From assembly GCF_033153115.1 (NCBI RefSeq), contig NW_026889803.1, positions 1,240,001 to 1,304,000 on the forward strand: a stretch of 64,000 bases of DNA. The letters run 5' to 3'. The translations under genes were made by a program, and so were the position numbers. The notes beneath the pieces were generated by a model that was given only the letters and a program-made list of their open reading frames with translations, had not been told where the DNA came from and searched no databases. Position 1 is the stretch's first letter, and each line of letters starts with the position of its first letter. The stretch comes from Saccostrea echinata (lineage: Eukaryota). Shown here piece after piece: positions 24,701 to 35,300 of this stretch.

Positions 24701-27700
24701 GGGACTTTGACCTTGGGAGGGGAGACAATTAAAATGAACTTCGGCAGAGCTGAGGAGATTCCGGAGGCCAGGGTGACTTTGGCCCGGAAGGTACGAGTTC
24801 CAGCTGGCTCTGTTGTTTTATGCCCCTGTCGCCTGGATCAGAAGCTGGATGATTTTGTGGTGGTCCCTGGCATTGATATGCAGTCTGATGTGCTTCTTAT
24901 GCCCCATACATACCATGTGGGAGGGGACAGTGCAGTAATCTGTGTAGTGAACGCTTCAGATCGGGATGTGACCTTGATGGGGGGTAGCCTTGTTGGTACT
25001 GCAGTGGAAGCTGATCCACACCAGCCTGTGCCCTACCTGGTGCGGACAGTAGGCAGCCTGGATGACGGGGATCGGGGGGCAGGAGCCACATCCCCTGAGG
25101 TGCCTGAATTTCTGCAGGATTTGTTAGAGCGCTCCTCGGTGGAACTCAGTTTAGAAGAGAGGGCCTTGCTGGCCAGTCTGCTCTCAGAATTTCAAGATGT
25201 ATTTGCTCGGAGTGAGTTTGACTTTGGGAACTTCACCGCATTAGAACACGAGATAGATACCGGAGACGCACCCCCTGTAAAGGAGCGGATGAGACGTACT
25301 CCCATGTTCTTTGCTGGTGAGGAGGAATCCCACCTTAAGAAAATGCTGGAGGCTGGTGTGATACAGCCCTCTATGTCTGAATGGGCCTCAGCTCCAGTTC
25401 TGATTAGGAAGAAAGACGGTCAGGTCAGATGGTGCCTGGACTACCGCCGTTTGAACAAGGTGACTCGGAAGGATGTATTCCCCCTGCCTTTGATAGACGA
25501 GTGCTTGGACACCCTTACAGGAAATGTGTGGTTTTCGAAGCTCGACGCCAACTCTGCCTTCCATCAGATAAAGATCCGTCCCCAGGATAGGAAGAAGACA
25601 GCATTTTTGACGAAGTATGGTCTGTTTGAGTTTGTGCGCATGGGGTTTGGTCTATGTAATGCCCCGGCTACCTTTTCTAGGGCGATGAACCTTGTACTCA
25701 GAGGCCTTACTTGGAGTATTGTTTTGGCCTTCTTAGACGATGCCCTGGTTTTAGGTCGGGACTTCTTGGATCACCTGGAGAACTTGCGATCTGTGTTCAT
25801 GCGTTTCCGGGAGTACGACTTAAAGTTTAAGCCGAAGAAATGTGAACTTTTCCAAACCAAGGTTGAATTCCTGGGGCGGCGGGTAAGCAAGGAAGGCATT
25901 GAGATGGGAGATGATTACATTGCTGTAGTCAAGGACTGGGCTGTCCCCAGCAACGCAAAGGAGGTAGAGAGGTTCCTTGGGTTTGCTAACTATCACCGGG
26001 GATTCATTGCGGGTTATGCTGAGTGGGCACTGCCCCTCTACAAGATCACAGGCAAGAAACCCTTCGTCTGGGGCCCGGAGCAGCAAGCAGCTTTTGATGG
26101 TTTAAAGAGGGCCCTTACATCTCCGCCTGTCCTGGCCCTCCCCATTCCCGATGGAGAGTTTATACTTGACACCGACGCCTCCAATGAAGCCATAGGGGCC
26201 GAACTCTCCCAGTTACAGGATGGCCAGGAGAGACCCATATCTTATGGAAGCCTCAGTCTATCCCCGGAGCAGCGCAAGTACTGCACAACCCGGAAGGAGC
26301 TGCTGGCAGTTATCCGCTTTACCCGCCTGTTTCGCCATTACTTGCTGGGGAGGAGATTTATTGTGAGGACGGACCATCATAGTCTTATTTGGCTCCTTAA
26401 CTTTAGAAACCCCCAGGATCAACTCGCCAGATGGGTGGAAGAGCTCAGCCAGTATGACATGGAGATACAGCATCGCTCAGGGCGACGCCATGTCAACGCG
26501 GATGCCCTGTCCCGGTTGCCTTCTAGTGCCATCTGTGCTGGAGCTGATGTCACCATACACCCAAGCGACTTACCTTGCGGCGGATGCCCGAAGTGTGTTA
26601 AGGCTCACCAGACCTGGAATGTCTTTGCAGAAGAAGTTGACAATGTGGCGCCCCTGGCCAGTCCTGGAAGCTGGATATATACGCCTAGCTCGGAGGTAGA
26701 AACTGTGGAGGAGACAGTTTTAGAGTCTGAGGGCAATACTGAGGAAGCAGGTGACTTGCCCTCTCCCCCTGGGACAGCCCAACCTTCAGTTAGTGAAGTG
26801 GCCTATGGTTATGTTTCTGGGGGATTGTTAGGTCGCATTGGTCATTACTCTCCCCCGGAAGTTGACTTTGAAGATGAGGAGTCAGTAGAGGGGCCCTTCC
26901 GGACCCAGATTCGCCTCACTAAGCACCCCCACTTTGTGGCAGTAGTGGGGGCACCCCCTGATGATTCTGGTAGCCCGTTGTCATTTGTGGGTTTGACCCC
27001 AGAGGAAATGAGTTTATGCCAGTCAAGGGACTCGGAAATCGGTCAATTTCTTGACTGGTTGGACGATGATGTAGCGCCAGAGGAAGGTGTGATGTTCCTT
27101 GCGAGTCCCGCAGTTAAAAACTATTGGCTCCATAGGGCGGCCTTCACCTTAGACCAGGACAAGGTCCTTTGGAAAGAGGTGGGGGAGGGGAGTGTGAAGA
27201 CTAGACTTTTAGTTGTCCCTGAGGAGTTGAGGAAGGAGGTTCTACGCCTGTGCCATGACGTCCCAGCAGCAGGCCACCAGGGCATTGATAGAACCAAGGC
27301 ACGCCTGCGTGATAGATTCTTCTGGTATGGCATGATGAGGGAGGCAGAACAGTTCGTGAGCACCTGTGGTCCTTGCAGCAGGAATAAGCATCCTCAGCGC
27401 CATTCCCGGGCAGAGATGATTAAGTACCATGCTGGCGCCCCTATGGAGAGAGTCCATCTTGATTTTCTGGGGCCCCTACCCCGGACTAAACAGGGTAATG
27501 AATATGTACTTGTCATGGTCGATCAGTTCACTAAGTGGGTGGAGTGTGTCCCTCTGCCCACTCAGACTGCTGAGGCAACAGCTACTGCTGCGGTCGATCA
27601 GCTCTTTGCTCGCTTTGGCTGTCCCTTCCAGATCTTCACCGACCAGGGTAGGAACTTTGAAAGTAAGCTCTTCACAGCAGTGTGCGACTTGTTGCAGATC

Positions 27701-28771
27701 CATAAGGCCCGCACCACTCCTTATCGCCCCTCAGCCAATGGCCAGGTAGAAAGGTATAATAGAACCCTGATGGATGCTGTGCGTTGTTATATAGACAAGG
27801 CTCAGAACTGCTGGGATGAACATCTCGCCCAGATAGCAGGTGCCTTGCGCTCTGCAGTCAACCGGAACACAGGCTTTACTGCGAACAAGCTGATGTTGGG
27901 CAGGGAAGTGAATATCCCTGCTGATCTGATGTATGCCCCACCTCAGAGGGACCCGGCTGTTGACCTTGAGGGCTACGTAGTGAATTTGGAGAAGGCCATC
28001 CAGTCAGCTCATGAGACAGCCCGGAGACGTCTCCGGACCTCAGAGGAGCGAATGAAGAGGGACTATGACTTGAAGGTCTGTGCCAGAACTTACCATGAGG
28101 GTGACCTAGTTTATGTCCTTGACACAGCTACTGTCAAGGGGAAATGCAGGAAGTTGAGCCCTTCCTGGAAGGGACCAGGTATTATCTTGAAAAAGTTGAG
28201 CTCCCACCTTTACCGAGTGAAGACCAAGCTCTCGGTGATGGTTGTCAACCATGATCGCCTGAAAAAGTGTGTAGATCGGGACATACCATTATGGCTGTCC
28301 CGGTATCAGGAGAAGTTCAGAGCCCAGTCCCAGGAAGGTGGTGAGTTAAGTAGTGTCCCATTGTCCCCAGGGGAGAAAACTCCCTCGAGTGAGGTCCCTG
28401 GACCTTCCCAGTTGAGCTCGTCCTCAGACAGCCCTCCCCGTATACCGAGAAAACGGGGGCACCCACGTAAAGTGCGGTCGCCCTCTACCGAGTCTGCTAA
28501 GTCGTCAGATGGGGATCTGACAGATTCTGAGCTCTATTGTTTCTGTCGTAGACCGGACGATGGGGGGCTAATGATTCAATGCGACCAGTGTGACGGTTGG
28601 TTCCACGGGGTTTGTGTGGGGGTCACTTCAGAGGAGGCTTCCTCCCTGGATCAGTATATCTGCCCCAATTGTATGGGGGAACCCCGGGTAGCAAACATTG
28701 GTGTTGTTCTGGAGCCCCCATCTTGGCCCAGGGTAAGACGGGTTACCCTGGCGGTTTTACAGGAATGGTGA
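21737..28771 (+). CDS. Gag-Pol polyprotein (capsid, CCHC knuckle, aspartic protease, RT, RNase H, integrase, C-terminal PHD finger)
   Basis: ORF track 21701-28771; first ATG at 21737. Gag YDGKTSW...LEGAA; CFKCGEVGHFRRDC at 23831-23872; VDTGA at 24440; RT KLDANSAFHQI...FLDD (25730); RH DTDAS; IN HHCC, DFLGP/DQGRNF/ERYNRTL, WKGP; PHD at 28532-28672. Confidence 0.96.
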   Translation: MNMSLEEAVSALGMGSDPAITRSDNITPHTPGRVGGYPGEGGYSPYAYSGSEHFASRHTPFAQSMSGHMGGGLPLGGPSTPMPGLHSGIPCGEGSVFHGESGKEVRFAQPQFGSPGMMSSDSLVSSLGSLCRCSSPGSTVGCTHPKQEYSEAPSNSGLEHPYSLGHVHSVSSHPVLVGDIANLGGPATMGYRPSRLGEVVPHPLDPALPSHTPCASQQPERPVRPAQLTSEYDRQHVRPVDPVGLTWDPAPIQSQPRLADFGAPSLPGDDLQPRSSMPRTISAPAPVNVGVSPAMVHSQVNPLDTGVTAARPHPISLYASSSSTPYHAPQSVYINPGGRHAQPPVPDHAHSVLYRGESTPATLHGMAMPSALQHHSVPVSMTCSLAHPNTPACHFGREGERIAHVQPNMYGAAHPGYYASQSVPANQACNFSTPIHYGSPGYQGTTPYPGRAATGGKPRYKDLRYDGKTSWKAFLHKFVRLSRSQLWTEEEQHDQFCFCLEGAASEYYTLLLETSSQLCLGEILQRFEKRFGSSAPDLTHQLNFQAANQNPGESLRQWADRVLTLATRAFPCVPDVHTHAIPRLCYGAEDRDAGLYALDGHPRTVDEAVERMQFYQHSRLHRPKTKKELRKVISDEDAEQDDPGTVNVAAGEELEALRSRMEKLEQAVKQTGSAPLPKPQWTGTLPPRLAERNPKSTVCFKCGEVGHFRRDCPTQAAGKLVATDGPRGGARMKGPLGERYRRPESQERGPRSGRPGSQGGPSQAVRFMNPEQSPERTDSESKEQGASQPPSCMRRRRKRRRLRVRFETPQSPELFSAEEEEASLDEEVGKLVAPHSTPEPLGPARDRTRKFQGFWRTKPGGSGQRSPEDEGNEPTIPIGQLRPSTGFSVGLLVQGTRVSAVVDTGAEVSVLSTQVYDQLEPKPPIRRHVTMTQAGKDTKLKGFIVGPVAVSIGTQTHEVDLYVAPLQDPMLLGMEFLHARKAQLDLEHGTLTLGGETIKMNFGRAEEIPEARVTLARKVRVPAGSVVLCPCRLDQKLDDFVVVPGIDMQSDVLLMPHTYHVGGDSAVICVVNASDRDVTLMGGSLVGTAVEADPHQPVPYLVRTVGSLDDGDRGAGATSPEVPEFLQDLLERSSVELSLEERALLASLLSEFQDVFARSEFDFGNFTALEHEIDTGDAPPVKERMRRTPMFFAGEEESHLKKMLEAGVIQPSMSEWASAPVLIRKKDGQVRWCLDYRRLNKVTRKDVFPLPLIDECLDTLTGNVWFSKLDANSAFHQIKIRPQDRKKTAFLTKYGLFEFVRMGFGLCNAPATFSRAMNLVLRGLTWSIVLAFLDDALVLGRDFLDHLENLRSVFMRFREYDLKFKPKKCELFQTKVEFLGRRVSKEGIEMGDDYIAVVKDWAVPSNAKEVERFLGFANYHRGFIAGYAEWALPLYKITGKKPFVWGPEQQAAFDGLKRALTSPPVLALPIPDGEFILDTDASNEAIGAELSQLQDGQERPISYGSLSLSPEQRKYCTTRKELLAVIRFTRLFRHYLLGRRFIVRTDHHSLIWLLNFRNPQDQLARWVEELSQYDMEIQHRSGRRHVNADALSRLPSSAICAGADVTIHPSDLPCGGCPKCVKAHQTWNVFAEEVDNVAPLASPGSWIYTPSSEVETVEETVLESEGNTEEAGDLPSPPGTAQPSVSEVAYGYVSGGLLGRIGHYSPPEVDFEDEESVEGPFRTQIRLTKHPHFVAVVGAPPDDSGSPLSFVGLTPEEMSLCQSRDSEIGQFLDWLDDDVAPEEGVMFLASPAVKNYWLHRAAFTLDQDKVLWKEVGEGSVKTRLLVVPEELRKEVLRLCHDVPAAGHQGIDRTKARLRDRFFWYGMMREAEQFVSTCGPCSRNKHPQRHSRAEMIKYHAGAPMERVHLDFLGPLPRTKQGNEYVLVMVDQFTKWVECVPLPTQTAEATATAAVDQLFARFGCPFQIFTDQGRNFESKLFTAVCDLLQIHKARTTPYRPSANGQVERYNRTLMDAVRCYIDKAQNCWDEHLAQIAGALRSAVNRNTGFTANKLMLGREVNIPADLMYAPPQRDPAVDLEGYVVNLEKAIQSAHETARRRLRTSEERMKRDYDLKVCARTYHEGDLVYVLDTATVKGKCRKLSPSWKGPGIILKKLSSHLYRVKTKLSVMVVNHDRLKKCVDRDIPLWLSRYQEKFRAQSQEGGELSSVPLSPGEKTPSSEVPGPSQLSSSSDSPPRIPRKRGHPRKVRSPSTESAKSSDGDLTDSELYCFCRRPDDGGLMIQCDQCDGWFHGVCVGVTSEEASSLDQYICPNCMGEPRVANIGVVLEPPSWPRVRRVTLAVLQEW

Positions 28772-29056
28772 GTGGGTCAGCTGGTTGTGACCCGCTCTAG
28801 CGTACCCTGCCAGGCCAGACTCTTTACCTGGGAACTATCCCGGACTCTAGGGCCTGGAAGTGTTTAATTGGGAGCGATCCCAGACCCCTTTTTCCCAGGA
28901 GTTATCTTGGGTGTGTTTTATCTGGGGCTCGCCCCGGCACTAGTCGTCCCTGGGCAGTCCGCCCGGGTGGGCGTTAACAGCGCCCCATCGTTGGAGATGG
29001 TTCCGGACCCTCCCTCGCACTGTGGACTCCCGCCTTTCAAAGAAAACGGGGGGGAG

Positions 29057-29282
29057 TGTAGTATCTGTGCGACTGTCCCGTGGTACGACTTACTGACGAG
29101 GCTACGTCAGATGGCGGGACAGTCGCACGGATCTCTTTCAGCGCCAAGATGTCAGACGGACAAGACGTGCTGCAGAGACGGTGAGTCAGCCCGGGCCAGA
29201 ACCCACTACAGAGTATATTGTATATTTGTATATAGTGATAATAAATATTGTTATAAGTACTATACCCCCGGCAGTTACTTTA
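29057..29282 (+). repeat. 3' LTR
   Basis: Preceded by the polypurine tract AAGAAAACGGGGGGGAG; identical to the 5' LTR. Confidence 0.95.
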
Positions 29283-29324
29283 GTGGTAATGTGTATTGCT
29301 TAAATTTATGTTTTCAGATCAAAC

Positions 29325-32300
29325 ATGCCGGTTTTTCCACAGTACCTCACTCCGAAACAGGAGGAAGAATTGAGAAACATTGCTAAAGCCATTGTTGCTC
29401 CTGGCAAAGGAATTCTAGCTGCTGATGAATCAACAGGTAGTTATTGTACTTGATTGACTCATTCACATTCTCTGCAAACTTCAAAATTTAAATAATTTTA
29501 AAGATAATTTAGTATATTCTTCCAAATATAGGAAGACAAAAGCTAATAGTAAAATTCAGTAAGCATGATAAATGTAAATATTGATACTGATTTGATATCA
29601 CAGAGCTTAATAACCATTGCAATGCATGTGTGTCCAGTAGAAGGACTCGGTCCAGGGTTTGACACTAACATTTTTAGGCTTTAGTCTGGCCGGACTAGTG
29701 CTTCATTACTTTTACTAGTCTGCACGCAATTTTATGAGTCTGTCAAAAAAAAAAACATCAATGTTTTGTAACAGTTAATTTAAATATAAACACTGCAATG
29801 TACTTTTTATACTTTTTTGAAATAAACAAAGCATTTATGTGAAATGTTTTATTCCAAGATTCATTGAAATCTCACGGTTAGAAACTACGATCGTATTCCC
29901 GATCTCGTTCGTTTTTCTCTATACATTACATCCAAACATCTGACATCTTTCTTTATGTGTCATACTAAATCATGATCGCTAAAATGTTTAATTTCATACC
30001 AATCAGTCCTAAAATTCAGCGACGAATTGACTCGGAATTACCTAACTTCCCCCCAAGAAGCTAGAAAGCTAAAAATACATGCAGGGTTTTCCAGTGAAAG
30101 TTGTCGAGAATGAAACATCGGTAATTTATTGATTTTTTTTCCAGAAATTTGTATTAGTCCGTTCGGACTAATTAGCCACAGATTTTATTAGTCTGAATGA
30201 AAATGTATTAGTCTGAGACTAACAGACTAACATTAATGTCAAACCCTGCTGTCCCAAATTTAAAAGCAACTCTTTTGGGGGGGGGGGGGGGTCAGTAAAA
30301 TTAAATCATCAATTTTCCCCATTTTGCCACTTTTTCAAGTGAAAATTCCCTATTGAAAGGTTTCAGGTCACTGTACCAAAAAATGGTCAATTAATCCCTA
30401 TATCATATTCGGTTGTACTTAATTTTTTCAAACCCATGGTAACTGATACAAGTGTTTTGACTTGATATATATTAAGTCTTTTAATCAATACATTTTTAGC
30501 TCACCTCGACGAAGTCGAGATGAGCTTATGCTATACCCCCGGCGTCGGCGTCGGCGTTAGCGTCGACGTCCCGGTTAAAGTTTTAGGAGCAAGTCCCATT
30601 CCCAAGTTACTATAAGCCCTACCTGGACCAAACTTGCATGGATGATGCATCTAGAATGGACACTGCCACACTTGCTTCGGATGCTGGATCTGACCTAGAT
30701 TTTCCAGATGAGTGACCAGGTTAAAGTTTTTGGAGCAGGTCCATTCCCAAGGAACTATACGCCCCACCTGAACCAAACTTGTATGGATGATGCATCTAGG
30801 GATGGACACTACCACACTTGCTTCGGATGCTGGATCTGACCTAGATTTTCCAGATGAGTGACCAGGTTAAAGTTTTTGGAGCAGATCCATTCCCAAGTAA
30901 CTATAAGCCCTACCTGGACCAAACTTGCTTGGATGATGCATCTAGGGATGGACACTACCACACTTGCTTCGGATGCTGGATCTGACCTAGATTTTCCAGA
31001 TGAGTGACCAGGTTAAAGTTTTTTGAGCAGGTCCATTCCCAAGTAACTATACGCCCTACCTGGACCAAACTTGCATGGATGATGCATCTAGGGATGAACA
31101 CTACACACTTGCTTCGGATGCTGAATCTGACCTACATTTTTCAGATGAGTGACCAGGTTAAAGTTTTTGGAGCAGATCCATTCCCAAGTAACTATAAGCC
31201 CTACCTGGACCAAACTTGCATGGATGATGCATCTAGGGATGGACACTACCACACTTGCTTCGGATGCTGAATCTAATCTAGATTTTCCAGATGAGTGACC
31301 AGGTTAAAGTTTTTGGAGCAGGTCCATTCCCAAGTAACTATAGGCCCTACCTGAACCAAATTTGCATGGATGATGCATCTAGGGATGGACACTACCACAC
31401 TTGCTTCGGATGCTGGATCTGACCTAGATTTTCCAGATGAGTGACCAGGTTAAAGTTTTTGGAGCAGGTCCATTCCCAAGTAACTATAGGCCCTACCTGA
31501 ACCAAACTTGCATGGATGATGCATCTAGGGATGGACACTACCACACTTGCTTCGGATGCTGAATCTGACCTAGATTTTCCAGATGAGTGACCAGGTTAAA
31601 GTTTTTGGAGCAGATCCTTTCCCAAGTAACTATAAGCCCTACCTGAACCAAACTTGCATGGATGATGCATATAGGGATGGACACTACCACACTTGCTTCG
31701 GATGCTGGATCTGACCTAGATTTTCCAGATGAGTGACCAGGTTAAAGTTTTTGGAGCAGGTCCATTCCCAAGTAACTATACGCCCTACCTGGACCAAACT
31801 TGCATGGATGATGCATCTAGGGATGAACACTACACACTTGCTTCGGATGCTGAATCTGACCTACATTTTCCAGATGAGTGACCAGGTTAAAGTTTTTTGA
31901 GCAGGTCTATTTCCAAGTAATTATAAGTCCTTCTTAAACCAAACTTGTATAGATATTGATCTTGGGATGTTCACTAACTAGAAAAAATATGATGTGAGAT
32001 TTGCCTTACTTATAGATAACCTTCGTCGAGGTGAGCTTCGTAATCTTTGATTACCTATGTTTTTATAGGTAATATGCTAAATATTGTCTTGCGTACTGTT
32101 GCCTATTTGAAAATTCTTCACAACGAATGTTATTATCAGAGTGTATACAACTATGAGTAGGAAAATGACAGTGTTTAATAGATATCTGCAATAGTTCATG
32201 CATGATAATGTATATGTGTTCAGGTTCCATTGGAAAGAGATTTGCTCCCATAAATGTGGAGAACTCTGAGGAAAACAGGAGGCGCTACAGGGAGCTGTTG

Positions 32301-35300
32301 TTCACATCTGACAAAGTTGCAGCAGAAAACATTAGTGGTGTCATCATGTTCCATGAAACATTTTATCAAAAAACTAAGAGTGGAGTTCCATTTACAAAAG
32401 TTCTGCAAGACAAGGGTATCATTCCAGGAATCAAAGTGGATAAAGGTGTTGTCCCACTTGCTGGCACAGAGAATGAGTGTACTACACAGGGTAGGATTAT
32501 TTTTTTGTGTGCATATAAATGTTTGAAAAATAATCAATGTATAGGATCATTCCATGGCAGATGTTTGTTATAGGCCTGTCTTGATACAGAATATCATGAC
32601 TAATGTGGAACTCAATTAGATTTCTAGAAGTTTTTTATACTTGAAATTCTTGTTAAGGTCTGGATGGATTGTCAGAAAGATGTGCACAGTACAAAAAAGA
32701 TGGTGCCCAGTTTGCTAAATGGCGTTGTGTTCTAAAAATCCAGCAATACACACCTTCCTACCAGGCCATGTTAGAGAATGCCAATGTCTTGGCCCGTTAT
32801 GCCAGCATTTGTCAGCAGGTAAGACAAGTATACATTTGATGTGATACAGTTAAATATTTACATTTGCTGTGTTTTTCTACAAAACCAACTATGAAAATGA
32901 TTTGAATGCCATTTTTGTGTATACTCATGCATAGAAATATACATGGAGATACTTGCGCTAAACATTACAATAAGGCTAAAGAGACAATAAAAATATAACA
33001 ATAAAGGGCAGCAATAAATTCAAAGCTTGAGTGTATTTTTTCTGCTTTTAAACATGTAAAATGTAAATATGAAGAAAGTTTTTTAGTTTTGTGTGAGTTA
33101 TTGGTTTTTAAATCACACAGACTTGCATGTAGGCTTATTTTATGAAGTACTAGCAATCCTAAATTATCTTCTCAGTTCAGAATGTAAGGACATGTTTCAT
33201 TTTATCAATTTGTGTTCATTAGCAGTGTTTGAATCTCACTATGAAAATAGCTAGACAGGCAGGGCTGACTGCCATTGAAAGTTGTCAGCCCTGCCAAAGA
33301 TCTACTAGCCTGATAAAAAGAGGTCATTTTCAAAAATGATTTTTATTACATATGTAAAACCATGGAATTTGTTAACATGGTCTGCCTTGCAAGTGGCCGG
33401 CAAGTTGCAATCCTAAAAAGTCATTCAAAAAGCAACTTGTGTCTTCTGTGACTATAGGACTGAGTCAGCATAACGTATATAGACTGAGGAGCTCTGCCAC
33501 TTGGTTTGTTATGCTTTGCTACTGGTAAAGCTAGTTGATTTGAGATAGATTCATCAGTGAAAATTTTTAATTTGTGGAAATTTTAACATGTCCAGCCAGG
33601 TGTGATACAGTTAATCGCCTGAAGTGAAATCTTTATTTGCCTCAGATGGTCAGGCCCCCAGTTATTTCAGTCATTGTCATTAGTCATATTTCTTGCTGGT
33701 TTAGTTCCTGGATTCCAGAAATGTGATTTACTAAGATTATTTTATTCAAGATCACTTGTATTCATGTAGTTAAGAATGTATTTATCTTTTGGAAAAAGGT
33801 CATGATATAACAGTTAACTAATATTGAACCCAGATAAAGTTAGCATAAGATAATGTTTGTTTATGTCTTCTTAGGCATATTGTCCTGTAGATTGGATAGA
33901 AGTTTTAGACAATCATAGAACTTCTCTATACATGTATTGTAAAATGCTAGAAATACAAAACTTGATAGGTAAATCACATATTTCTTTTTATCTTATTTCT
34001 TTGAAACAGCAGCATTGTATTTGTTCACAAGATAAAAGTTATGCAATCATCCATAGAATGAGTACTGGTACTATGTCTTACTTAACATTATCCTAAATTG
34101 AAAACTGTGTCTGCCCAATCAATCTTGTGAAAAGCAGAAAGTTCTAGCAGTTAAATATGATGTACATTTCTCTAACCTAATATTTTTGTTTCAGAATGGC
34201 CTGGTACCCATTGTAGAACCGGAAGTTTTACCGGATGGTGATCACGACTTAGAAGCAGCACAAAAAGTCACAGAGCAAGTATGTTTTCTTCTTGCATTTA
34301 CCTTCTGTTTTTCCATGTAATGTACTATATTTCAAAAGCTCAAGTAAATCCATGGTATATTAATTAAGGTCTGATGGCAAATTTCTTTATATGCCACAGA
34401 AAACTTTGGCCATAGTTGTGGCCTAATGTTAGTTAGGGGGGAGGGGATTGGGGAGGAGGATTCATGATTTTATGAATTGATGGAATCTGAATCTACAGAT
34501 GCTTCCCTACTGAATTGACTAAAATGACTGGTTTTCTTGAGAAAACTAAAAATAAGATACTGTATATTCCTCTGTAAAATGGGAAGAAAGTGAAAATGTG
34601 AAAAGTTTACAGATGGCACCAAACTGATAGAAACTGTACACTCTTTGATAAGAAAGGCAGTAAAGCACACCTACACTTTAGGCCCAAATGAACATAACAC
34701 AAAAATTCTTTTTCTTTCATATCCCTTCATGTAAATAAAGAACTTAATCAGTCTGTATTTGACCATTGTTTGAAAGTTTATCCATGCGTGTTGTCTTAAA
34801 AGTCAGGAGACTTGACCTTCTTTACATATGTATATATTTGTCTCTAACTAGTGTCTCAAGACAAGGATTAGTTTACTGTTTTCTTGTTGAACAGGTCCTT
34901 GCATTTACATACAAAGCCCTGGCAGATCACCACGTCTATCTGGAGGGAACTTTACTAAAGCCCAACATGGTCACCGCTGGAATGAGCTGTCCCAAGAAAT
35001 TTGCTAAGGAGGACAATGCCAGAGCCACCATTCTTGCTCTCAGTAGGACAGTCCCCCCTGCTGTCCCAGGTACACTAACATTTATACATTAATATGTACA
35101 TTAGAATGCATGTAACACACAAAAAAGAAGCAGATAAATGCATTGAAAGGATATGTAGTAAAGATCAGGAATGAATGTTAATGTTAGCTCTAAAGATACA
35201 ATATTATGTCCTAAAAATGTTTCTTAAGAACTACAATTACCTTTGTGAAGAATTTTTATTTTAGGTTGATTTGTGGTTAAGTATACAGTAAAACATGCTT

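Larger units (their letters stand above)
21255..29282 (+). mobile_element. Full-length Ty3/Gypsy LTR retrotransposon (8028 bp) with PHD-finger integrase
   Basis: Two identical 226-bp LTRs, TSD GTGG (21251-21254 and 29283-29286), PBS at 21482, PPT at 29040-29056, one uninterrupted ORF with domain order gag-PR-RT-RH-IN. Markedly more GC-rich than its flanks. Confidence 0.97.

Noticed and set aside
21783-28800. Many short overlapping and antisense ORFs within the retrotransposon
   Set aside because: Expected by chance in GC-rich coding DNA; no recognisable motifs.
28768-29325. Pol-aldolase fusion protein via the GTGAGT donor at the pol stop codon
   Set aside because: Splicing 28767 to 29318 creates TG|A, a stop codon, before the aldolase ATG, so no fusion without readthrough.
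28868-29386. 172-aa ORF as env or accessory gene
   Set aside because: Starts at TTG, runs through the LTR into host sequence out of frame with aldolase, and shows no env-like features.
30570-31980. CRISPR-like array
   Set aside because: Whole 146-bp units are repeated with no unique spacers; eukaryotic context and no cas genes.
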